Sequence record: SRR22947727_2929
DNA length: 44,087 nt
Strand: one strand, 5' to 3'
In this document: in pieces, positions 18,006-26,826 of the stretch
How the letters are laid out: each line of letters opens with the position of its first letter
Position numbering within the stretch: position 1 is the first letter of the stretch
The notes under the pieces: model-generated
What the model was told of the DNA's origin: nothing
The model's database searches: none
What the model saw: only the letters and a program-made list of their open reading frames with translations
Program-made: the position numbers and the translations under genes

Positions 18006-19190
18006 ATGATGGCAACCGATATTGATGTTGTGGTCATCGGGGCAGGTGCGGCCGGTTTGATGTGTGCCAGCACCGCTGGCAAGCGTGGCCGGCGTGTCCT
18101 GCTGGTTGATCATGCAACAAAACTCGCCGAAAAGATTCGCATTTCAGGCGGTGGGCGGTGTAATTTCACTAATCTTTATACAGCACCAGAGGCGTTTTTG
18201 TCAGCCAACCCGCATTTCTGCAAATCGGCGCTTCGGCAATATGACCAGCATGATTTCATCGCGCTTGTTGACCGTCACAAAATTGCCTATCACGAAAAAA
18301 AGCTTGGACAGCTGTTCTGTGATGATTCGGCGCAAAAAATCATTGATATGCTGGTTCTTGAATGCCAACAGGCGGGTGTTGATCTACAAATGGGGCGCAA
18401 GATCGACAATGTTGACAAACGTGAAGACGGTTTTCAAATCACCCTTGATACAGGGGTTGTTCGGGCACAATCACTGGTGGTGGCAACCGGCGGCCTGTCG
18501 ATCCCGAAAATTGGCGCAACGGGTTTTGGCTATCAGCTTGCCAAACAATTCGGACTGCAGACTCTTGCGCAACGACCCGGCCTTGTGCCGCTGACATTTG
18601 ATCAAGATGTGCTGACAAGATGCAAATCCCTGTCCGGCCTGTCGGTTGAGGCTGAGGTTGGTTATCGGTCAACGGCTTTTGCCGAAGGGCTGTTATTCAC
18701 GCATCGCGGCCTAAGCGGCCCGTCAATTCTGCAAATTTCATCCTATTGGCAGGAGGCAATGCCGGTTTCGGTAAATTTGGCACCGCAGCATGACGCGGCG
18801 GCGCATCTTCTTGGTGGCAAGGCCAGACAGCCAAAGGCGGATGTGGCAAATTGCCTTGCTGATTTACTGCCAAAACGGCTGGCCGCGGAAATATGCGATC
18901 TTTTTGGCGTGGTTGGGCGGCTTGCCGACCGCAGCGACAAGCATCTTCGTCATTTGGGCAAGATGGTGAATGATTGGCAATTGATCCCGAACGGCACCGA
19001 AGGCTATCGCACCGCCGAAGTGACAATTGGCGGGGTTGATACAAATGGCCTGTCATCCAAGACGATGGAGGCCAAAACCGTGTCTGGCCTGTATTTCATT
19101 GGCGAGGTGGTTGATGTAACTGGCCATTTGGGTGGCTATAATTTCCAATGGGCGTGGTCATCGGGCTTTGTTGCCGGACAAAATGCCTAG
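18006..19190 (+). CDS. HI0933/YhiN family flavoprotein
   Basis: GAGAAG, KIRISGGGRCNFTN, LFTHRGLSGP, GGYNFQWAWSSG. Confidence 0.93.
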   Translation: MMATDIDVVVIGAGAAGLMCASTAGKRGRRVLLVDHATKLAEKIRISGGGRCNFTNLYTAPEAFLSANPHFCKSALRQYDQHDFIALVDRHKIAYHEKKLGQLFCDDSAQKIIDMLVLECQQAGVDLQMGRKIDNVDKREDGFQITLDTGVVRAQSLVVATGGLSIPKIGATGFGYQLAKQFGLQTLAQRPGLVPLTFDQDVLTRCKSLSGLSVEAEVGYRSTAFAEGLLFTHRGLSGPSILQISSYWQEAMPVSVNLAPQHDAAAHLLGGKARQPKADVANCLADLLPKRLAAEICDLFGVVGRLADRSDKHLRHLGKMVNDWQLIPNGTEGYRTAEVTIGGVDTNGLSSKTMEAKTVSGLYFIGEVVDVTGHLGGYNFQWAWSSGFVAGQNA

Positions 19191-19285
19191 CCCCAGAATG
19201 GCCATATAACAGGCGGCTTTGTGACAGGAACCGTTTAATCGCCACCGTTCATAATGGCCATGCCATAATGACGATTCACTAATCG

Positions 19286-19936
19286 CTATTCGACCGGCCG
19301 CCAATCGGCATACTCGGGGTCAAAATAGAGCAGGCTGCCATCGCCAATATCGTTCCAAAGTCCGTGAATTGACATGGTTTCGCCCTCGACGGCTTCGCGG
19401 ACAAAAGGAAAGCTCATCAGATTTTCCAACGACACCAGCACCCCTTCACGTTCAAGGGCGACAAGCTGTTCTTCGCGTGAGCCGAGATTCTTGACGCGTT
19501 CATAGCCGGGGCGAAGGATATCCATCCAGCGGCCAACGAAGCTAGAGGATTGTTCAAGTTCAGGCGCTGCACCCGAGCACATTTCATAACAGCCATTCAC
19601 CCCGCCGCAATTGGAATGGCCAAGAACGACAATATGCGCGACTTTAAGCGTTGTAACCGCATATTCAACCGCGGCTGAGGTGCCGTGATGGTCACCATCG
19701 GGCTGATAGGGTGGCACTAGATTGGCAATATTACGGTGGATGAAAAATTCACCTGTATCCGAGCCAAAAATTGCAGTGACATGAACGCGGCTATCACAAC
19801 AGGAAATCACCATGGCACGCGGATGCTGGCCCATATCGGCAAGATGCCGGAACCAGGCTTTATTTTCCTGAAATTTTGTCGCTTTCCAGCCAAGATAACG
19901 TTGTGCCAGATATGTGGGAAGTTGCGTTGCCGCCAT
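19286..19936 (-). CDS. Beta-class carbonic anhydrase
   Basis: SCCDSRV, HRNIANLVPP, GHSNCGG zinc ligands. Confidence 0.95.
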   Translation of the reverse strand: MAATQLPTYLAQRYLGWKATKFQENKAWFRHLADMGQHPRAMVISCCDSRVHVTAIFGSDTGEFFIHRNIANLVPPYQPDGDHHGTSAAVEYAVTTLKVAHIVVLGHSNCGGVNGCYEMCSGAAPELEQSSSFVGRWMDILRPGYERVKNLGSREEQLVALEREGVLVSLENLMSFPFVREAVEGETMSIHGLWNDIGDGSLLYFDPEYADWRPVE

Positions 19937-20051
19937 GTCAGTCTGCTCCGATCAGGTTTTGCCATTTGTCTGACAAAGATTGTCAAGCCTAGGCGGGAGA
20001 ATAACGGATCTGATCGCTGAAATCTAGTTTATTGCGGCATAACAGATTGTT

Positions 20052-20996
20052 TTACTGATCGATATCATCGCCATAGCGTGCGCCAAGTTCGGTGATGATA
20101 TTGTCCAGAAATTTGGCCGCTGCAACAGGTAGAACGCGTCCTTTTAGCTGGCCAATATGCAAAATACCGGCTGGCACGTCGGCAAGATCAACCGGTCTTG
20201 CCACTATCGCGCTGGTTTTTAAGGGGGCGGTGATCAGGTCGCTTGGCATGGCGATTGGAATTTGAAAGGAAATGACCATTTCATGGGTCAGATAATTTTG
20301 CAGAAATTCCTGACTGTTTGATTCGATTACCGTTCCAAGTTCGACACTGCGCCGGATCAGGCCAACATTGAGCAATTGCCGTAATCCGGCATCGGCACGC
20401 GGTAGAATGGCGGGTTGCCCAACGCAATCGCGAAGCCGAATCATCGGTTTTTTGGCCAAAGGGTGATTGGCTGACATCATACAGTAAAGCTGTTGACGGG
20501 CGGTGGCCATTGTCTGGAAATCAGCGCTTTTGATCGGTTCAAAAATCAAAGCCAGATCAGCCTCTAACGTGCGAAGCGCCTGTTCGGCTGCATCACCCGA
20601 TTGGCGAACCAGATCAAAAGTAACCGCCGGATGTTCGCCGCGATAGCGGGCAACGGTTTCAGGCAGAAAATAGCGCATCGTATCAGCGCCGCTGGCAATG
20701 CGGACATGGCCACGCCGGATTCCTGATAAATCGGCAATTTGCGATTGCACCCGCGCCAATTCGGCGGTTTGGGTGCGGATATGCTGGACAAATAATTCAC
20801 CCGCGGTGTTCAGCCTGACCCCCGATGCCAAACGTTCGAACAGGGGTTGGCCGATCTCATCTTCAATTTGCAAAATTCGCCGATTAAGCGCGGTTGAGGT
20901 GATGGCTAGCTTTTCGGCGGCTTTGCGAATTGATTTTTCGCGGGCAACCGCGTCGATAAAGCGTAATGACGTCATAAAGCGCATATCAAAAAACAT
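20052..20996 (-). CDS. LysR family transcriptional regulator
   Basis: SIRKAAEKLAITSTALNRRI HTH, LFER...GVRLNTAGE; ~310 aa. Confidence 0.95.
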   Translation of the reverse strand: MFFDMRFMTSLRFIDAVAREKSIRKAAEKLAITSTALNRRILQIEDEIGQPLFERLASGVRLNTAGELFVQHIRTQTAELARVQSQIADLSGIRRGHVRIASGADTMRYFLPETVARYRGEHPAVTFDLVRQSGDAAEQALRTLEADLALIFEPIKSADFQTMATARQQLYCMMSANHPLAKKPMIRLRDCVGQPAILPRADAGLRQLLNVGLIRRSVELGTVIESNSQEFLQNYLTHEMVISFQIPIAMPSDLITAPLKTSAIVARPVDLADVPAGILHIGQLKGRVLPVAAAKFLDNIITELGARYGDDIDQ

Positions 20997-21042
20997 CCCA
21001 AAAACTGGCTAAAACACAAGATTTATGAGGCCAGCTTAGCTA

Positions 21043-21082
21043 TGTGATGCAAAAAACGCATCACAATTATGCAAAACTAGCA
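21043..21082. promoter_or_regulatory. LysR operator pair: TGTGATGC-N7-GCATCACA plus a weaker ATGC-N7-GCA site
   Basis: Perfect 8-bp inverted repeat containing T-N11-A (21048-21060), and a second T-N11-A at 21070-21082, between divergent lysR and glnK. Confidence 0.75.
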
Positions 21083-21132
21083 GAATTTTTTTCATCAAAC
21101 AGCTGTTACCACTACGCCATCGGCTCATAACC

Positions 21133-21266
21133 GCGGGACTGACGGCGCCCTATTCCTCCAAAAGACCGTCACGAATTACCGCCCTAATATCGGCGACCCA
21201 GAACGGGGTTGACATCGGGCTTACTCAGGACGGCATCAAATATGCCGGACCGACGTCAAGGAAGGA
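21133..21266 (+). promoter_or_regulatory. Candidate structured 5' leader RNA of glnK-amt
   Basis: Four consecutive short stems and a TTCCTCC loop complementary to AGGA/AGGAA downstream. Confidence 0.45.
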
Positions 21267-21272
21267 CGAGAC

Positions 21273-21611
21273 ATGAAATATATAATCGCAATCATCCAGC
21301 CGGGAAAATTGACAGCGGTGCATGATGCGCTGCTGGAAATTGGCATCACCGGCATGACTGTAACCGAAGTGCAGGGCTATGGACGGCAAAAGGGCAAAAG
21401 CGAGATTTATCGCGGTGCCGAATACACAGTTCATTTCTTGCCAAAAGTCAAGATTGAGCTCGCCTTGCCGGCAAAAATGGCGGCAAAGGCGATTGATGTC
21501 ATCAAAACCGCCAGCTCAAGCGGCAAAATTGGCGATGGCAAGATTTTTACTTTCGATCTTCAGGAAGCGGTTCGGATTCGTACCAACGAAACTGGCGATA
21601 GCGCCCTTTAA
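21273..21611 (+). CDS. glnK: P-II family nitrogen regulator (divergent GlnK)
   Basis: GYGRQKG, YRGAEY (Y51), LPKVKIE, GKIGDGKIF, RIRT; 112 aa, adjacent to amt. Confidence 0.92.
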   Translation: MKYIIAIIQPGKLTAVHDALLEIGITGMTVTEVQGYGRQKGKSEIYRGAEYTVHFLPKVKIELALPAKMAAKAIDVIKTASSSGKIGDGKIFTFDLQEAVRIRTNETGDSAL

Positions 21612-21633
21612 AGGCATCACGTAGGAGTTACCA

Positions 21634-22953
21634 ATGATTAAAACAATTTTAAAATATTCGTGTCTTGCTGGCGCGGCTAGTTTGATGGCTAGTCCGGCTT
21701 TTGCGCAAGAGGCACCGGCGCATAGCGTTTTCATCCTGAACTCATTGCTGTTTTTGATGTCAGGGTTTTTGGTGATGTTCATGGCATGTGGCTTTTGCAT
21801 GCTTGAGGCCGGTCTTGTGCGGGCGAAAAACACAACAATGCAATTGACCAAAAATGTGGCGTTGTTCTCGCTGGCGGCAATTGGCTATTATCTTGTCGGT
21901 TATAATTTGATGTATCCGCTTGGGACATGGTCGGTTGAAGGCGTTTTGTCGGGTCTATTGCCAGTCGCTGCCGTTCTTGAGGCGGTTGGCGTGGCACCTG
22001 ATAAGGTCGATGATATCTCTTATGCGTCAACCGGATCAGATTTCTTCTTTCAGTTGATGTTCTGTGCGGCAACAGCTTCGATTGTATCGGGCGTGCTTGC
22101 CGAGCGTATAAAGCTATGGCCGTTTCTGCTTTTCACCTTTATCCTAACTGCGGTGATTTACCCGTTGCAGGCAAGCTGGAAATGGGGCGGTGGATTTCTT
22201 GACAGCATGGGCTTTCTTGATTTTGCCGGTTCAACGGTTGTCCATTCAGTCGGTGGTTGGGCGGCGCTTGCTGGCGTGTTGATCCTTGGCCCTAGAATTG
22301 GAAAATATAAAGACGGCCGTGTTGTGCCGATGCCTGGTGCGAATTTGCCGCTGGCAACACTTGGAACCTTCATTTTATGGATGGGCTGGTTTGGTTTTAA
22401 CGGCGGATCGCAATTGGCGATGGGAAGCATTGGCGATGTTGCTGATATCTCGCGTATCTTTGCCAATACGAATGCCGCTGCGGCTGGTGGTGCGCTTGTC
22501 GCGCTGGCACTGACCCAGATTTTCTATGGCAAGGTCGATTTGACAATGGTGTTGAACGGCGCGCTTGCAGGGCTTGTGTCGATTACAGCAGAACCGCTGA
22601 CCCCGACTTTGGGCGCAGCGACCTTAATTGGCGGCGTTGGCGGCGCGATCGTGGTCTTTGCGGTGCCGTTCCTCGACAAGATCAAAATTGACGATGTTGT
22701 CGGTGCCATTCCGGTTCACCTGATGGCCGGTATCTGGGGAACGCTTGCCGTGCCTTTGACCAATGGTGATGCCAGCTTTGTGACGCAGATAACTTCAATT
22801 CTCATTGTCGGAGTGTTCACCTTTGTGGTCTCATTAATTGTCTGGTTTGCCATTGATAAAATCATGGGTATTCGGGTCAGTGAGGAAGACGAGATTGCAG
22901 GTTTGGACAGTGCTGAACTTGGTATGGATGCCTATCCCGAGTTCTCACGCTAG
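21634..22953 (+). CDS. amt: Ammonium/methylammonium transporter (Amt family)
   Basis: Signal peptide; FFFQLMF, IVSGVLAER, DFAGSTVVH, WFGFNGGS, DDVVGAIPVH (twin His). Confidence 0.96.
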   Translation: MIKTILKYSCLAGAASLMASPAFAQEAPAHSVFILNSLLFLMSGFLVMFMACGFCMLEAGLVRAKNTTMQLTKNVALFSLAAIGYYLVGYNLMYPLGTWSVEGVLSGLLPVAAVLEAVGVAPDKVDDISYASTGSDFFFQLMFCAATASIVSGVLAERIKLWPFLLFTFILTAVIYPLQASWKWGGGFLDSMGFLDFAGSTVVHSVGGWAALAGVLILGPRIGKYKDGRVVPMPGANLPLATLGTFILWMGWFGFNGGSQLAMGSIGDVADISRIFANTNAAAAGGALVALALTQIFYGKVDLTMVLNGALAGLVSITAEPLTPTLGAATLIGGVGGAIVVFAVPFLDKIKIDDVVGAIPVHLMAGIWGTLAVPLTNGDASFVTQITSILIVGVFTFVVSLIVWFAIDKIMGIRVSEEDEIAGLDSAELGMDAYPEFSR

Positions 22954-22989
22954 ATAATTCGCAACGTCAAAGTTGCAGCAAAACAAATT

Positions 22990-23020
22990 TAGCCAGCGCC
23001 GGTTTTATCGGGGCTGGCTA
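22990..23020 (+). terminator. Hairpin after amt
   Basis: TAGCCAGC...GCTGGCTA stem; U-tract weak. Confidence 0.55.
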
Positions 23021-23179
23021 TTCATTAGGAAAAACAAGAACAATAAAATCTGAAAGAGCATTGTTTTTACTGAATTTTAGAAGCTTTACAGCAGCGGTTT
23101 TTTTCTCCTATTCTAGCATCTTATTATCCCCGATGATTTTTGTCGAAAAATAGCGGTGTGCAATAGAGCTGAGAGAGTA

Positions 23180-24757
23180 ATGTCGCAAACATTAAACGAA
23201 GGCCGTTCGAGCACCAAACCACTTTTTGAAGCTGTTGGCGTGACTAAGAGCTTTGGCGATTTCATCGCTAATGACGATGTGTCTTTTCGAATTCATGCTG
23301 GCGAAATTCACGCGCTTTTAGGTGAAAATGGCGCTGGCAAATCGACCTTTGTAAAAATTGCTTATGGGCTATTACAGCCTGATGCTGGCCAGCTATTTTG
23401 GAATGGCGAGCCAATTTCCATTCCCGGCCCCCAACAGGCACGCCAGCGCGGCATTGGCATGGTGTTTCAGCATTTTTCGCTGTTTGACGCATTGACCGTT
23501 GCCGAAAATATTCAATTGGCAATGCCTCCCGGTGAAACGATTGCGTCCCTATCGGATCGCATTGCCAGCATTTCAAAAGAATATGGTATCGAGGTTGATC
23601 CGGCGGCGCGTATTCACAATCTGTCCGTTGGTCAGCAGCAGCGTGTTGAGATTGTTCGCTGTTTGTTGCAAGACCCGAAATTGTTGATCATGGATGAGCC
23701 AACATCGGTTTTAACCCCGCAGGAAACCGAACAGCTTTTTGAAGTTCTTCGCCGGTTTGCTAAAAATGGGCTGGCGGTGTTGTTTATTTCGCACAAGCTG
23801 GATGAAATTCGGGCTTTGACAAGCCGTGCAACCGTATTACGGCGCGGACAGAATGTTGGCTCGGTAAATACCAAAGGCCAATCAAACCGCCAGCTTGCCG
23901 AATTGATGATTGGCACCAAAGTCAAGGATGTGGCGCGCCAAAAAGCACCAGCCAAAAGCAAAATATTATTTGCCGTGACCAAGTTAAACCGGCCAAAGCA
24001 AAATGCGTTTTCGGTGACGCTTCGCGATATTACGATTGAGGCGCGCGCCGGCGAAATTTTCGGGATCGCCGGGATCGCTGGTAACGGCCAAGATGAATTA
24101 ATGGCGGCGCTAACGGGTGAATGGCTTGGCAATCAATCGGGGGTCATCACGCTTGATGGCGGTGATATTTCATCGCAAGGGCCAGCCGAACGCCGCCTTG
24201 CGGGCATGGGATTTATTCCAGAAGAGCGCAATGGTCATGCGGCAGTGCCGTCAATGAGCCTCGCCGACAATGCGTTGCTAACCAATCATTCGCTTGCCGG
24301 TGTGGTGCGCGGTGGGGTGATTGATCTTGTCGGCATGCGCACCAAAGCTGCAGCGATTGCAGCGGATTTTGATGTTCGCCTTCCCGAGCCTAACCCGTTG
24401 GCATCATCCTTATCGGGTGGTAATTTGCAGAAATTTGTCGTTGGGCGCGAAATTATCAAAGTGCCGCGCGTGCTTATCGTATCGCAACCAACATGGGGTG
24501 TTGATATCGGGGCGGCGGTGTTTATCCGTGCGGCAATGCTTGATCTTGTGGCCAAAGGATCGGCAGTGGTAATGATATCGCAGGATCTCGAAGAAATTTT
24601 TGCGATTTCGCATCGCATTGCCGTATTGCATGATGGTGTTTTATCGACGGCTGAATCGGCCACAAAATTGACGGCTGAAAAGGTTGGGCTTCTAATGGGC
24701 GGCAGTGATGCCCCAAAAGATGCGGCACAAGGTGCAGTTCAAGGAGCAAGCGCATGA
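23180..24757 (+). CDS. ABC transporter ATP-binding protein (nucleoside/purine CUT2 type, two ABC domains)
   Basis: GENGAGKST, LSVGQQQR, DEPT, GIAGNGQ, LSGGNLQK, QPTWGVD. Confidence 0.95.
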   Translation: MSQTLNEGRSSTKPLFEAVGVTKSFGDFIANDDVSFRIHAGEIHALLGENGAGKSTFVKIAYGLLQPDAGQLFWNGEPISIPGPQQARQRGIGMVFQHFSLFDALTVAENIQLAMPPGETIASLSDRIASISKEYGIEVDPAARIHNLSVGQQQRVEIVRCLLQDPKLLIMDEPTSVLTPQETEQLFEVLRRFAKNGLAVLFISHKLDEIRALTSRATVLRRGQNVGSVNTKGQSNRQLAELMIGTKVKDVARQKAPAKSKILFAVTKLNRPKQNAFSVTLRDITIEARAGEIFGIAGIAGNGQDELMAALTGEWLGNQSGVITLDGGDISSQGPAERRLAGMGFIPEERNGHAAVPSMSLADNALLTNHSLAGVVRGGVIDLVGMRTKAAAIAADFDVRLPEPNPLASSLSGGNLQKFVVGREIIKVPRVLIVSQPTWGVDIGAAVFIRAAMLDLVAKGSAVVMISQDLEEIFAISHRIAVLHDGVLSTAESATKLTAEKVGLLMGGSDAPKDAAQGAVQGASA

Positions 24758-25854
24758 TCAGCATGACTCCGCGCAAACATATTCCGCTGTCGCTGACGCT
24801 ACTGACGCCAGCGGTTGCCATTGTCCTGACCTTGGCTGTTGGTGCCGGTATTTTTGGTCTTCTTGGCTTTAGCCCGCTTGGGTCACTTTATACTTTTTTT
24901 GTCGCGCCAATTTCGCGCCCTGATCAAATTGGTGACCTTTTTGTAAAGGCCTGTCCGCTGATCATTACTGCCACTGGGCTGGTATTTTGTTTTCGGGCGA
25001 ATGTGTGGAATATCGGCGCTGAAGGCCAGTTGGTTTTTGGCGCCATCTTTTCGGGTTGGGTGGCGCTGAGTTTTCCCGATTGGCCAGCAATAACCCTGAT
25101 GCCGGCAATGGTCTTGGCAAGCATTATTGGCGGCATATGCTGGGCGATGATACCGGCGTTATTAAAAGTCAGGTTTAACACTAATGAAATTTTGGTGTCG
25201 TTGATGCTGACTTATGTTGCGGCGCTGTTTATCGACTGGCTGGTGCGCGGCCCGTGGCGTGATCCGATGTCATTCGGGTTTCCGCTGACGAAAATGTATA
25301 GCGATGCTGGTCTGATCCACCGGATTGATGTGCCGTTTGTTGGCAGTTTGGGGCAATTGCACTGGGGGGTTGTTGGCGCGTTGCTATTGGCGATTGCTGG
25401 CAGTTTCGTGCTGTCGCGCACGATTTTAGGATTTCAGATCAAGGTCATGGGCGATGCGCCGCGAGCAGGCCGGTTTTCTGGCTTTAAGCCGCATCTGGTG
25501 ACGATTGGCGTTATGGCAATTGCTGGGGGTGCAGCCGGGCTTGCCGGAATGGTTGAAGTGTCTGCCAGCATGGGTCAGCTGCAGCCGAATGTGTCTTTTG
25601 GTTATGGGTTTACCGCCATCATTGTTGCATTTCTGGCGCGGTTAAACCCGATTGGGGTGATTTTTGCCGGCCTGATTGTCGCCCTTGCCGAACTTGGGGG
25701 TGATTATGCGCAGATCGCGCTTGGCATGCCAAAGGTGGTGACAGGTGTTTTCAAGGGGATCTTGCTGTTCATGCTGTTGGCAGGTGAGACATTTAACCGT
25801 TATCACATCACCTGGCGGCGTCCGGCCGTATTGCCGGTTTCAAAGGAGCGATAG
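24754..25854 (+). CDS. ABC transporter permease (nucleoside/purine type)
   Basis: WNIGAEGQ, NEILVSLML, YGFTAIIVAFLARLNP. Confidence 0.93.
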   Translation: MISMTPRKHIPLSLTLLTPAVAIVLTLAVGAGIFGLLGFSPLGSLYTFFVAPISRPDQIGDLFVKACPLIITATGLVFCFRANVWNIGAEGQLVFGAIFSGWVALSFPDWPAITLMPAMVLASIIGGICWAMIPALLKVRFNTNEILVSLMLTYVAALFIDWLVRGPWRDPMSFGFPLTKMYSDAGLIHRIDVPFVGSLGQLHWGVVGALLLAIAGSFVLSRTILGFQIKVMGDAPRAGRFSGFKPHLVTIGVMAIAGGAAGLAGMVEVSASMGQLQPNVSFGYGFTAIIVAFLARLNPIGVIFAGLIVALAELGGDYAQIALGMPKVVTGVFKGILLFMLLAGETFNRYHITWRRPAVLPVSKER

Positions 25855-25855
25855 A

Positions 25856-26767
25856 ATGGAAGCTTTGATCCTAACCGTTCTATTGACGTCGGTACCGTTG
25901 ATTTTTGCGGCAACGGGTGAATTGGTTGCTGAACGAAGCGGGGTGTTGAATTTGGGTGTTGAAGGCATGATGCTAATGGGGGCTGTGTCGGCCTTTGCGG
26001 CAACATCAATCCTTGGAAATCCTTATATGGGCATTCTGGCTGGTGCGGTTGCTGGGGCGATGACCGCGGCGGTGTTTTCGCTTTTTGCCTTGGGTCTTGC
26101 CACCAATCAGGTCGCAACAGGTCTTGCCCTAACCATTTTTGGATCAGGCTTGTCAGGACTTGTTGGCGCACCCTTTGTCGGCGGCACGGTTGATGGTTTG
26201 CCCAATCTTGCCATTCCGCTTCTTGCTGATATTCCGGTTATTGGCGATTTGCTGTTTAACCACGATATCATGGTCTATTTATCGATTGGCTTTCTTGTGT
26301 TTGTGGCGTGGTTTTTGAACCGGACGCGGGCCGGTTTGGTATTGCGGGCGGTTGGCAATAGCCACGATTCGGCGCATGCGCTTGGTTATCGGGTGCTTTT
26401 GGTGCGGTTTGGTGCGGTGTCATTTGGCGGTATGATGGCTGGACTTGGCGGGGCATATTTGCCGCTTGTGCTAACGCCACATTGGTCTGAGGGCATGACC
26501 GCGGGGCGCGGCTGGATTGCACTTGCGCTTGTGGTCTTTGCATCTTGGATTCCTTCGCGTATTCTTGTTGGCGCGTTATTATTCGGCGGAATTACAATTA
26601 TGCAGCTGGCCGGACAGGCGCGGGGATGGACCGTGCCGTCACAGATGCTGTCGATGCTGCCCTATATTGCGACAATCATTGTTTTGGTGGTGATTGCGCG
26701 TAATCGTGATTTCGCTTTGGCAAATTCCCCAGCCTGTTTGGGGCGTTTGTTTATCGGTAACAAATAG
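25856..26767 (+). CDS. ABC transporter permease (nucleoside/purine type)
   Basis: ERSGVLNLGVEG, NQVATG, AGRGWIALALV, MLPY. AAGGAG SD. Confidence 0.93.
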   Translation: MEALILTVLLTSVPLIFAATGELVAERSGVLNLGVEGMMLMGAVSAFAATSILGNPYMGILAGAVAGAMTAAVFSLFALGLATNQVATGLALTIFGSGLSGLVGAPFVGGTVDGLPNLAIPLLADIPVIGDLLFNHDIMVYLSIGFLVFVAWFLNRTRAGLVLRAVGNSHDSAHALGYRVLLVRFGAVSFGGMMAGLGGAYLPLVLTPHWSEGMTAGRGWIALALVVFASWIPSRILVGALLFGGITIMQLAGQARGWTVPSQMLSMLPYIATIIVLVVIARNRDFALANSPACLGRLFIGNK

Positions 26768-26826
26768 ATGTCATCAGGCATCAAATCTTTTATGGCATTA
26801 GGCATTTAATGTTTCAGGAGGAAACA

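Noticed and set aside
21136-21171. GACTGACGG...GACCGTC resembles the ZTP (pfl) riboswitch pseudoknot
   Set aside because: The GUGG/CCAC P2 stem and the 3' CUGGGC P3 element are missing.
21242-21325. Out-of-frame short ORF overlapping the glnK start as a leader peptide
   Set aside because: The ATG is buried in a hairpin, SD spacing is poor, and codon content is uninformative.
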